The notes under the pieces: generated by a model
What the model saw: only the letters and a program-made list of their open reading frames with translations
The model's database searches: none
Told to the model about the DNA's origin: nothing
In this document: positions 55,213 through 64,000 of the stretch, piece by piece
Position numbering within the stretch: position 1 is the first letter of the stretch
Layout of the letters: every line of letters begins with the position of its first letter
IMG/VR virus record: IMGVR_UViG_3300050120_000230
Span: 150,325-214,324 of that record
Strand: one strand, 5' to 3'
Source: a virus
Length of the DNA stretch: 64,000 bases
Translations under genes and position numbers: made by a program

Positions 55213-55964
55213 CAGGCTGCTTCCGGCTGTCTGAAGTCGAACGTCAGCCTGAACTCGACCATGTCGGTCAGGTTCTCGAACATGAAGCGATACGGTTGTT
55301 TCGCCTTGGAGTCCTCAATCTCGTCTTCATCGGGAAGCCAGACGGTCCACCGCCCGCCGTGACGGGTCCTGCCCCAAATATCGCGCGCGACTTGCCCGGC
55401 CGTGGCATGGCCGACCAAGAATACGGCGGTGTGGAACTCGACACCCGCCTTGATGGCGTCCTTGAGATGATCTTCAGGGATGAAGCCCGAATGTGGGTCC
55501 GTCCAGAACGGCGTCTTGAAGTCGTTGAAAACTGGCGGCAGGCCGCTGTTGAAACGTATGATCCGAACAGTCTGCAAGCGGTTCCTCGTGCGTTTCTTCA
55601 AATCCACCATCGGATCATGCCCTTTGGCGATCAACGCTTTGTCTATCTGCCGGTCGCGAGAGATGTCATTGAACATACCGAACGCACTGTCGCGCATGGT
55701 CTTTTCCAAGACCATCGTCTTGATGTATCTCTTGATCTCCTGCTTTTGAGCATGGAGATTGTTGATGCCGGGCGAGCGCCCGTATTCCATCAGTTCCGCG
55801 ATCTCACGACCGCGAGTAGCCTTGCCTCTATACCATTCGAGGATTTCTTTGCGGTAAGGCATTAGGGGAACATCGAGACGGAAATGCCGTTCGCGGTCGC
55901 GATGTCCGCAGCATCTTTGAATTCGATTTTCTGCGACCAATACTCCCCACGATTGAACGACCAC
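55212..55964 (-). CDS. paralog-family-related protein (...LTDMVEFRLTFDF)
   Basis: 250-aa ORF. Confidence 0.45.
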   Translation of the reverse strand: MVVQSWGVLVAENRIQRCCGHRDRERHFRLDVPLMPYRKEILEWYRGKATRGREIAELMEYGRSPGINNLHAQKQEIKRYIKTMVLEKTMRDSAFGMFNDISRDRQIDKALIAKGHDPMVDLKKRTRNRLQTVRIIRFNSGLPPVFNDFKTPFWTDPHSGFIPEDHLKDAIKAGVEFHTAVFLVGHATAGQVARDIWGRTRHGGRWTVWLPDEDEIEDSKAKQPYRFMFENLTDMVEFRLTFDFRQPEAA

Positions 55965-56464
55965 CCCACGCGGTTCCAGATCGCTTCACAGACCTCGGAG
56001 TCGGTGATGCCGGGGAACTTGTCTTCGAGGGGCGCCAGCTTGTCACGGGCCACGACGTAGGCCACCGTGGCTCGGGCTTCATCGTCCAACGCGACGGTGA
56101 TGCCCTTGGCGGCACTCACGGCGTCTTTGACGATGGCGGCCACGGCCTTATCACCGGCGGGGCTACCGGCCGAGAAACGGGTGGCTGACGGCGCGCGGTA
56201 GACCGGCGCGGGCGCTTCCATCAATTCGGCGACCCGGCCCGGCAGGCGGTCGATGGTCGTGGTCATAAGCCCCGACACGTCGAACTGTCCGGTCCTGCCA
56301 TCAGGGAGAGTCCATTCGACGATGCCCTTCAGGCTGTAGGGCCGGATATATTCGATGGGGAACACGTCTTCGCCGATGGTGAAGGTGATCTTCTCGCCGT
56401 CTACGAGCAGGATGATGGGAATGACGGTTTGACCGATGACCGCTTGGGTCTTCCACTCTCGCAT
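55862..56464 (-). CDS. hypothetical protein
   Basis: 200-aa ORF; divergent promoter region upstream. Confidence 0.45.
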   Translation of the reverse strand: MREWKTQAVIGQTVIPIILLVDGEKITFTIGEDVFPIEYIRPYSLKGIVEWTLPDGRTGQFDVSGLMTTTIDRLPGRVAELMEAPAPVYRAPSATRFSAGSPAGDKAVAAIVKDAVSAAKGITVALDDEARATVAYVVARDKLAPLEDKFPGITDSEVCEAIWNRVGWSFNRGEYWSQKIEFKDAADIATANGISVSMFP

Positions 56465-56550
56465 TGTTTGCTCCTAGTTGGGCCGGACGTGCTTCAACGA
56501 TCAAGATACCATTCTTCCTATTTCCGTCAACGAAAACGCTAAATAGGTAT

Positions 56551-57141
56551 ATGCGTGCTTTTGAAGTCCTGTGTGAAGGTTATCGATACGTCGGCAATTG
56601 CACAGACCGATCTACGGCTCCCCATCTTCAAGACATGATGGACAAGGCTCGACAAATCACCTACCGAACTTTTGTAAAGGCCGTGGGGCTGGACAGCCTG
56701 CGCGGTATCTTTGCTGACTATTCGTGGGGTCATCATCGCGGTGACCTTCGCATGAAGAACGATCCCTACGTCACGTATTTCCGTAGTGTCTTCAACGGCG
56801 AGCAATGCTATTATGTCCGGCATTCGGGCATCGAATACATCTTCATCGACGACAAAGATGAGGTTGAGGACGCCGATGCACCGGCCGCCATGCCGGTCTC
56901 GGCCAACGACTGGTCGATCACGGGCGATGGCCAACTTCATCGCGGTTTGGGACGTGCTCCGACATTCTACGGCACGAAGACCCCCACCTCGTTGACGATC
57001 AACAGCACAGAGCAGCCGAGCAAGAATGCGTCGCTGACCATGATGCGGATGATTAAGCAGTCGAAACTTGAAACGGTGACCTTCGCGGACGACGAAGAGC
57101 CCGCCAAAGAGACCCTACGCTGGCTCAACCAGTTCGTCTGA
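56551..57141 (+). CDS. hypothetical protein
   Basis: ORF 56464..57141 trimmed to ATG following TAAATAGGTAT element. Confidence 0.45.
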   Translation: MRAFEVLCEGYRYVGNCTDRSTAPHLQDMMDKARQITYRTFVKAVGLDSLRGIFADYSWGHHRGDLRMKNDPYVTYFRSVFNGEQCYYVRHSGIEYIFIDDKDEVEDADAPAAMPVSANDWSITGDGQLHRGLGRAPTFYGTKTPTSLTINSTEQPSKNASLTMMRMIKQSKLETVTFADDEEPAKETLRWLNQFV

Positions 57142-57423
57142 GTCTTTCATCTTCTCGAAAATAAAGCTCGACAGGAGCCGTCCCTCAAAATTGGGGATGT
57201 GACGGTTCATCTCGGCTGTCGATTTTTGATGGATCGAGATTTCTTGAGTGCGCTGCATGTTCTTCAGCGCCGCAGTCTCGTTGCGATGACAGAACCACTT
57301 CAGGCTCAGTTTGTCGCCATCGGGGCGCCACTTGCCGAAATATTCCCAAATTTGCCCGTCAACTCTACCCCAGCCCCAAACGGTAGCGGTTTCGCGATCA
57401 TATAGATGAAAATGCCAGTCCAT
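57115..57423 (-). CDS. hypothetical protein
   Basis: 102-aa ORF. Confidence 0.4.
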   Translation of the reverse strand: MDWHFHLYDRETATVWGWGRVDGQIWEYFGKWRPDGDKLSLKWFCHRNETAALKNMQRTQEISIHQKSTAEMNRHIPNFEGRLLSSFIFEKMKDSDELVEPA

Positions 57424-57470
57424 TAGACTCCCCTTGCGGCAAAACTACAGCAAAGATTGTGCCAAGCAAG

Positions 57471-57914
57471 TTAGTCTGGACGGCGGACCAATGTCACCTG
57501 ACGCTTGCGAACCCGGCGAGCGATAGTTTCTTGGAGGCTGACACATGGGCCAGCTTGGAGATCGAAGTTCTTACGGTCGAAATGCTTCAGGTAGGGGCGG
57601 AACGGTTTGAAGCGATCCTTCAGGAAAATGTTGATAGGAATTTGGCGGTTGCTACCCCACCACCATTCGAGCCCGTAGTTGAGGAATTGACGACGCAGTT
57701 TCTCGTCAGGAATCGAATCCAGCACATACATCGAGAGAAGTTGGTTATCCGAGTTCTGAATGATCCCAAGGTAGGGTGTGTCCAACAGCACACCATAGCT
57801 CAAGAATGGGAACTTCGTCAGGATAAGGGCGATGCGCTCGTCTTCCATAAGACCAATACTGAAAGCTTTGTGGGGGTATTTATACTCGCACAAAACCACA
57901 ACCTTTCGTCTCAA
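57471..57914 (-). CDS. hypothetical protein
   Basis: 147-aa ORF. Confidence 0.4.
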   Translation of the reverse strand: MRRKVVVLCEYKYPHKAFSIGLMEDERIALILTKFPFLSYGVLLDTPYLGIIQNSDNQLLSMYVLDSIPDEKLRRQFLNYGLEWWWGSNRQIPINIFLKDRFKPFRPYLKHFDRKNFDLQAGPCVSLQETIARRVRKRQVTLVRRPD

Positions 57915-57925
57915 ATAAATATCGG

Positions 57926-58522
57926 ATGCGCTATCACGAGATCATCAGAGAAGACACCGCCGTAGACGGCTTGATGAGCTATTGGGACCTCGTGGATTAC
58001 TATGATTTGAAGGACGCTGCCGACAAACTACACGACGCATCGCTTCCATGGATTAATCGTAATGCGACTTCAGCAATCGCCCGGCTCGCCACCAACAAAA
58101 AGATGCGTCTGCTCTCAAAGTTGAAACTATTTTGCTCCCTAGAAGGTCCGCGCAGCTATAGCGACAAATGGACGACCCCCGAGGTGTTCGAGCACGTCTT
58201 GCACCAGCCCGTGACCATGTGGCGCGGCGGTGGTGGGGTCTACGATCCCAATTATGCCTACCCTCTGCCGTGGACGAGTTTCACGGTGAAGGAAGCCCGT
58301 TCGGAAACATTTTCGAAATATGACGGCACCCGCGCAACGCGAACTTTCAGGCTGCCACTCCGCGATCAATATTGGATAATCAAGCTGACGATTCCCCTCG
58401 ACAGCATTTTGCTTTATCTGCCCCACGGCTCGGATGAAGAAGTGATCGTCAGCACAGAGATCGCACGCGCCGCCGAACTCGTTACCCAGACCAATACCGG
58501 GATGGCCAATGAGGTATCGTGA
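57926..58522 (+). CDS. putative R-S-E-type ADP-ribosyltransferase-like protein
   Basis: TMWRGGGG (Arg), TSFT (Ser-Thr-Ser-like) and SDEEVIV (Glu-x-Glu-like) in the order expected for Alt/ModA-type ARTs; ATG directly after AAATAAATATCGG. Confidence 0.35.
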   Translation: MRYHEIIREDTAVDGLMSYWDLVDYYDLKDAADKLHDASLPWINRNATSAIARLATNKKMRLLSKLKLFCSLEGPRSYSDKWTTPEVFEHVLHQPVTMWRGGGGVYDPNYAYPLPWTSFTVKEARSETFSKYDGTRATRTFRLPLRDQYWIIKLTIPLDSILLYLPHGSDEEVIVSTEIARAAELVTQTNTGMANEVS

Positions 58523-59747
58523 ACTCGTTGAGAGCCGCTCGGCTCCGCTCTACCACATCATGGAGTTCAAGAAGGCGATCAGCGTTTTCGAAGCAGATAT
58601 GATGCCCGCCCGCTGGGAGCACTTGGTGCCGAAGATCGGCAAGCTGCTCGGGAACAGTTTCACCCGCAACAAAGAATTCAAGAACCGGCTCGTGCGGATC
58701 ACCGTTGACCAAGCCAGACTGGCACATACCCATCGCATCATCCCGGTCGATGGCGAACGCATTTTCATGCACACCACGAAGAGCGCCGAAGACCCGACAC
58801 CGGAGCGTGGTGAACTTTCTCTCGGCCGCCGAGGTGACCGCGATATGAACACCACACCACTCGCCGAAGAGTTCGTGGTCGGCGACATCAAGCAGCTTCA
58901 CCGGTTCATCACCAAGATTGAAATCGGCACACCCAATTTCTCGGTTATCTCCGGCGCCAACGCCATTCACTTGTTGGAAACCACACAGGCATATGCCGCA
59001 AAATACGGTATCGAACTGGTCGTTTCCCAGCGGTTCATCGACAACGTGGAAGAGATCAAGCAACGGTGGGCCGATGAGGCTGCCGAAGACGAACTTGATG
59101 AGATGGCGCCGACCGATCAAATGCGCTCGACCACGTTCTACCATGGCACTGGCGGGACTGTGAACGCCAAGGCTATCATGAAGCAGGGCCTCAAAGGGCG
59201 TGAGACGCAGGGCAAGAGTCACTTGGCCCCGGTCGCAGGTAAAGCCTATCTGTCGCAAGACCTACGCTATGCGATCATCTATGCGCTCGGTGGAGACTAT
59301 CTAGGCCATGCCACACCGAAGTTCGCCACCGAAAGCGGCGATCCGTATGGCTATCTGTTCGTGGTCAAGGGTGACAGCTTGGAGACGGCCCAGCCGGATG
59401 AAGACTCTGTCGGACAGTTCCTCTACGATTTCTATCACAAGTCCAAGGATGAGCAGATGGCTGATCCGCACGGCGTCTCAGTGGCGACTTTCATCGCCCA
59501 GTCTGTCACGGACGGCCAGCGCCGCGCCATTCGCGATGGAGAATACTCCTACTTTGCGGCCGGTGGGAAACGTGCTCTCAAGAAAATGCCAGATTGGATC
59601 AAAGAGTATCTGATAAAGCACGGCGCGCATGTTGCGGCGACTGGCAAGCTCATGCCGTCAGAAGTCTGGCGGATCGACCGTCGCAAATCGGACAAGCTGG
59701 CCAAGGATGGTTCCAATTTCTTCGAGATCGCCAAACGAGTGAAGTGA
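58509..59747 (+). CDS. hypothetical protein (412 aa)
   Basis: N-terminus MRYRELVE similar to the start of the preceding ORF. Confidence 0.45.
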   Translation: MRYRELVESRSAPLYHIMEFKKAISVFEADMMPARWEHLVPKIGKLLGNSFTRNKEFKNRLVRITVDQARLAHTHRIIPVDGERIFMHTTKSAEDPTPERGELSLGRRGDRDMNTTPLAEEFVVGDIKQLHRFITKIEIGTPNFSVISGANAIHLLETTQAYAAKYGIELVVSQRFIDNVEEIKQRWADEAAEDELDEMAPTDQMRSTTFYHGTGGTVNAKAIMKQGLKGRETQGKSHLAPVAGKAYLSQDLRYAIIYALGGDYLGHATPKFATESGDPYGYLFVVKGDSLETAQPDEDSVGQFLYDFYHKSKDEQMADPHGVSVATFIAQSVTDGQRRAIRDGEYSYFAAGGKRALKKMPDWIKEYLIKHGAHVAATGKLMPSEVWRIDRRKSDKLAKDGSNFFEIAKRVK

Positions 59748-60079
59748 CTTACATATCAGTCACAACGGCCTCTTATGACTGATATGTCAGTCAGCGAAAA
59801 AATAGTGCCGGTTGGTGTCCTGATCGTAGATGATGTAGACACCATCGGCTTCTAGAAACTCGCACTCATGGCCGTCGATTTCTTGCTCAATATGTTCGTC
59901 CGGTGGGACGTTGGCATAGAACTCGTTCTCGGTGATGTGCTCTGCCTGTTGATCCGCGTATTGGAAGTCTTCTTCCGTAGCCCACGGCAGTTCGGGAACA
60001 ATGCACCGTCCGGCATCGTCGAATGACGTAACGCACGTTCCAACGCAGTGATAGCCTTCTGCGATGATGACCGTCCTCA

Positions 60080-61864
60080 TTAGAGCATGGTCATCAGCTT
60101 ACGCCAGTTGTCCGTCAGACGCAGATCGAAGCACTGCTGGACAAGGCGGAAGTTGACCTGACGCTTGAGCTTGCCGGTCGTGTAGAGTTCGCGCAGATAG
60201 TCCATGACTTCCTGCTTCATTTCGTCGGTCAGACCGGGCGTCTTGATGTGTCCCTTGATCTTGTCGATGTAGTCCAACATGTCAGCCGACGAGAAGTTCA
60301 TGTTGATCGAGAAGGCGCGCGTCAGAATCGCGCTGTCCCACTCGGACTCATCCATGTTGGAAATGAAAATGATCCGGCCACGGAAGTCGATCTTGTTCGG
60401 AAGGTGACGTTCCAGATAGGCTTGTGTCTTCAGCAACAGGTTGTAGCTGTAGCGATACTTGCCGGTGCCGCCTTCGGCCTCGTCACCTTCCGGGGTTTCA
60501 TCGTCATCGGGGATGTCGTCGAAGTCATCTTCATTCTTGCTGTTGATGACGTAGCGTTCGAACGTTTCCAGATCGCCTTCTTCGGGCTTGCCGCGCAGGA
60601 TGCGGGAAATCTTCTCGACGTAGATGTCACGTTCTTTGGGTTCGAGAACGCCAGTGTTGATGGTGCCGCGAACGTCATATGAGATTTCGCGAACAGGATC
60701 GGTGTCAAGCGCGCCCTTGAGCATGTTGACGGCGTTCTTGTCGTCCACGACGCTGTCGCAGTCATCGAAGATGACCATGCCGTCGATCTGTTCGATCAGC
60801 GTGCGATAGAGGGCGACCGTGGTGATACGGCCCTTCTTGACGATGTAATTGACGCCGGGCTTCAGACCAAGTTCGTTGATCGTCTTCATGACGACGAACG
60901 TCTTACCCGATGACGGGGCGCCGGTGATGAGCAGGGACTTGATGAAGTTCGATTCGCCACCGGCGACCAGCTTCACCTTGTCGTGCAGCATGTCATATTG
61001 TTCATCCATGCTGTCGCCCTTGCCACCGGTGGTTTCAAGTTCACGACCCAACATGCGCTCAAGCTGAGCAGAATAGTCTTCGAGACCGGGGATGCGGAAC
61101 CACGCGCCCTTGGGTTTGCGGCCCATCAGATAGATTTTGCCCTGACCGGCAAGGCGGCGGACGGTCTTGGCCTTGGCCAGCGCCAAAGCATCTTGATAGG
61201 CCGGATCGACGGATGCGTCAGGCGCCTCGACCGGACCACCCATGGCTTTGCCAAGTTCGGTGTCGGTCTGATCGGGTTCACCAGCACCGTGACCGGAAAG
61301 GTTCCAGTGGTGGGCGTCCACTTTGTATTCGTTGCCCATGCGAACGTCGCCGGGAATTTGCACTTCGTTTTCGGCCGCCAGAGCCATCATCTGAGGCATC
61401 GTGATCTTGGACGCGCCAGCGTCGCCGAACTTGGCGACGGCCATACGCATGAACTCTTGGGCGTTCGAACGTCTCGCCATTTCATCGAGTTCGACGCTTT
61501 CGTTCACTTCGCCCTCTTTGCCAACGCTGGGATGATTGATCCATTCAGCGACTTGATCTGCCATTTGCAGGAAAGAACCTGTCACAGGAATATCCAGAAC
61601 ATAGTCCGGTTCACGGCTGATGTCGAACTGTTCCCAGACATAAATGCTGTCAACTCCAATGGCGCCAGTCGAACGCGACCAAGCAAGACCAATGGCCTTG
61701 GTAGAGTTGCCGAGAACGTAAACAACACCAAGATGATCTTCGCCAAGTTCGTAGACGCGCTTCGGACCACCGACGCGTTCAAGTTGACCCAGCTTGTTTT
61801 GCAGGATGTTAGCCACGCTAAGCGGGAGACGAGAACTGTCACCTTGGAATTCAACTAGACGCAT
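60080..61864 (-). CDS. AAA+/P-loop ATPase (594 aa)
   Basis: Walker A GAPSSGKTF, Walker B MVIFDDCD. Confidence 0.6.
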   Translation of the reverse strand: MRLVEFQGDSSRLPLSVANILQNKLGQLERVGGPKRVYELGEDHLGVVYVLGNSTKAIGLAWSRSTGAIGVDSIYVWEQFDISREPDYVLDIPVTGSFLQMADQVAEWINHPSVGKEGEVNESVELDEMARRSNAQEFMRMAVAKFGDAGASKITMPQMMALAAENEVQIPGDVRMGNEYKVDAHHWNLSGHGAGEPDQTDTELGKAMGGPVEAPDASVDPAYQDALALAKAKTVRRLAGQGKIYLMGRKPKGAWFRIPGLEDYSAQLERMLGRELETTGGKGDSMDEQYDMLHDKVKLVAGGESNFIKSLLITGAPSSGKTFVVMKTINELGLKPGVNYIVKKGRITTVALYRTLIEQIDGMVIFDDCDSVVDDKNAVNMLKGALDTDPVREISYDVRGTINTGVLEPKERDIYVEKISRILRGKPEEGDLETFERYVINSKNEDDFDDIPDDDETPEGDEAEGGTGKYRYSYNLLLKTQAYLERHLPNKIDFRGRIIFISNMDESEWDSAILTRAFSINMNFSSADMLDYIDKIKGHIKTPGLTDEMKQEVMDYLRELYTTGKLKRQVNFRLVQQCFDLRLTDNWRKLMTML

Positions 61865-62191
61865 GTTTTGCCCTTGACAGAAGTATAGATGGTGATATTT
61901 ATGTTAGATTGGAGGGATACAAACGTGTCCAGCTTCGAAAACTGCTCGCCGGAAGAAATCGCGGTCTTTGCGAAGATCGCCGATGGGGAACCTGTGGAAA
62001 AACAGGACCCCGAGATCGTTCAACGACTGTTAGAACGAAATCTTCTGACCCACATCACATCGACAGACCTGACGGTCCCAGCCATGGTCTGGAACCAGTG
62101 GAATCACTTCAAGGGATGACGTTCCAGAGGCGCTGCCCAAGGCCGCCTCCGTAGAAGTCTCTCAAGCCGTCTCCCTAGTCTAAATAAGGGC

Positions 62192-63952
62192 ATGACGGCC
62201 ACCATCAACGTTTTCAACATGCCTCAAGTCGTGACGTTGACTCTGGGTGGCGACACCGGAGCCACACTCATGAACTACCCGGTCAATAGGACTGACTTCA
62301 AGCTCGCCAAGGGCGTCACGACCGAGATCATGTTCTTCGTGAAGGACACGGATCGGCATCCGATTACTGTCTCCGGTCTGGCAAATGCTGGAATCGTTGG
62401 TCTGCGTTTGATTGTCACCGACATCGACGACAACGTTTTGCTACTTGGTAGCCAGAACTCGACCACGACGACGTACACCATTTCGCAGGGCGAGACGGTG
62501 ACGACATATTCGAACAGTGCGATGTTCACGTCGAACACGGTCACCATTTCCTCGACTTCCAATTCTTCTGGTTCGAACTCGATTGTCAGCAACACGACGA
62601 TGACCACGGTTTTGACCGTCTCTCCGGGCGCTGGTGATTACGTGGTCCCCGACTTCGTCAATGCCATTGTGGTTGAGACATGGGGTCCGGGCGGCGCGGG
62701 TGTGCTTTCTCCCGAAACTGGCGCCGGTGGCGGCGCCTACGCGCTCAAGAACTTCACGGTCACGTCCGGCGAAACGTTCCCGTTTTTCGTCGGCAATTCG
62801 TCTGCACCTGAAAAGGCGACGTTCTGGGGCAACTCGACTGACCACAACGCCGCGACTTTTGGTGCGTTCGGTGGTGCTTGGGTCGCGAACAATGTCACCG
62901 ACGTTTCAGCCCAACTCGGTTCCCCGTTCGGCGCTTACGACGTGGGCTACTACGGCGCCCCGCCGATCACCGGGCAACTGGACGGCCGCGCATCGGCGTG
63001 GTCGGGCGGCAACGCTTCTACCAATCCGGCTGGGGTCAATGTAAGCACAATCGAAGGCGGCGGCCAGAGTAACGGCGTTGTGGGCACCTCGCCCGGCGGC
63101 GGCGCCCCGGCATCTATCAGCAACAGCACGATGTATGGCGGCAATGGCCAGCTTCGCATCACGGAATACTACGATCAAGAGGCTATCGCGAACGCAATTG
63201 CGAACGCGCAGTCGAACTCCAATTCGATCTCGAACACCGTGACTTCCAATTCGAACGTGACGACCAATTCGGTGACGATCACGAACACCGTCACTACCTC
63301 GGTTACTTACTTCAGCAACGTCGTGACCCTCGACCCGAGCGTCTTGGTCCCGGCTCCGGGTATCGACCCCGCCAAGGGCGTTTGGATGCTTCGTCTAAAG
63401 GCCACCGACATCGTCGATTGGCCGCTGGGCTTCCTGCGTTACTCGGTGATTGCCGACCGGATCGGTGGAGATCAGGTGATGCTCTACACCGACCGTGGCT
63501 ACGGACCTTATAGTTCGCTGCTAGTGATCGATGGGCCGTTCCCGATGCCAAACGAAGCCACGAACGTTACGGCCAACAGTATGGTCATGCTCGGCCAAAG
63601 TCTACAGAGCGGCGCCTACGCGGGTCCTGCCCAAGTCCGCAATTTGAGTGGACTGTCGAGCGTTGTCTATCACATGGGTGGCGTTGGTGACGGGTTCACT
63701 GGCTCGGTTACAATTCAAGGTTCATTGGATAATTCCATTTCGCAAAACGACGCGGACTGGATGCCAGTGGAGATTACCGATTCCACCGGTCAAGGCACCA
63801 TTTCTGGCGGGACGATCACCTTCAATACCCCACCGACTCTAACGGATTTTAACGTTACTGTGCGTGGCAACTACATGTGGCTCCGTTTCATCGTCACTGA
63901 AATGACCATTGGCGCCAAAGCGTTCACCAGCCTTGACTTCCGAGCAGACTGA
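62192..63952 (+). CDS. Gly/Ser/Thr/Asn-rich structural protein, probable tail fibre or baseplate component
   Basis: 586-aa ORF with low-complexity NSxxSNT runs and Gly-rich segment (GPGGAGV...GGGAYA...GGGQSNGVVGTSPGGGAP). Confidence 0.5.
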   Translation: MTATINVFNMPQVVTLTLGGDTGATLMNYPVNRTDFKLAKGVTTEIMFFVKDTDRHPITVSGLANAGIVGLRLIVTDIDDNVLLLGSQNSTTTTYTISQGETVTTYSNSAMFTSNTVTISSTSNSSGSNSIVSNTTMTTVLTVSPGAGDYVVPDFVNAIVVETWGPGGAGVLSPETGAGGGAYALKNFTVTSGETFPFFVGNSSAPEKATFWGNSTDHNAATFGAFGGAWVANNVTDVSAQLGSPFGAYDVGYYGAPPITGQLDGRASAWSGGNASTNPAGVNVSTIEGGGQSNGVVGTSPGGGAPASISNSTMYGGNGQLRITEYYDQEAIANAIANAQSNSNSISNTVTSNSNVTTNSVTITNTVTTSVTYFSNVVTLDPSVLVPAPGIDPAKGVWMLRLKATDIVDWPLGFLRYSVIADRIGGDQVMLYTDRGYGPYSSLLVIDGPFPMPNEATNVTANSMVMLGQSLQSGAYAGPAQVRNLSGLSSVVYHMGGVGDGFTGSVTIQGSLDNSISQNDADWMPVEITDSTGQGTISGGTITFNTPPTLTDFNVTVRGNYMWLRFIVTEMTIGAKAFTSLDFRAD

Positions 63953-64000
63953 TGAGGCAATATATCGACATCGTTTCTGAAGAGAATTCGCAATTGGACG

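Overview
This 64-kb window appears to be part of a large GC-rich (about 57-58% GC) virulent phage genome. It carries a UvsW-type helicase and T4-late-promoter-like ATAAATA motifs. The dense clusters of tRNA genes suggest a giant/jumbo phage, and the host is likely a GC-rich proteobacterium; both are inferences. Main content: (1) Thirty-odd tRNA genes in several arrays on both strands (8.9-11.4 kb minus, 16.5-21.9 kb plus). These include a complete leucine isoacceptor set, 3 Arg, 3 Pro, 2 Val, 2 Ala, 2 Asn, 2 Phe, 2 Gln, 2 Lys, 2 Met/Ile2, plus Ile, Thr and Trp. Several long, atypical tRNA-like genes and tRNA fragments are also present. (2) A roughly 1.7-kb protein-free, highly structured region (about 6.7-8.5 kb) containing tRNA-like modules, repeated motifs and palindromes; it is a candidate large non-coding RNA. 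(3) Translation-related proteins: a PheS-like class II aaRS core directly downstream of tRNA-Phe, and a Pth2-type peptidyl-tRNA hydrolase. (4) A strikingly expanded paralog family (>=22 copies) defined by a conserved ~45-aa C-terminal module (W-x3-N-[LF]-K ... F-x-F ... [DE]-A-x-x-F-K-[LM]-x-[WF]) attached to very diverse N-termini. (5) Membrane proteins predicted to touch host proteostasis (SPFH/HflKC-like plus Bax-inhibitor/YccA-like), a Lom/Ail-like outer-membrane beta-barrel, and a LemA-like protein. (6) Structural genes: a collagen-like (G-X-Y) fibre protein and two other fibre-like proteins. Further genes are an HNH endonuclease at the edge of a tRNA array, HD, GNAT, DUF4326-like and AAA+ proteins, and a putative R-S-E ADP-ribosyltransferase. 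A recurrent dyad-symmetric intergenic motif TTTTGGTYRACCAAAA is also present. All coordinates for CDS are anchored on the supplied ORF track; tRNAs were folded by hand and anticodon calls should be confirmed with tRNAscan-SE/ARAGORN.
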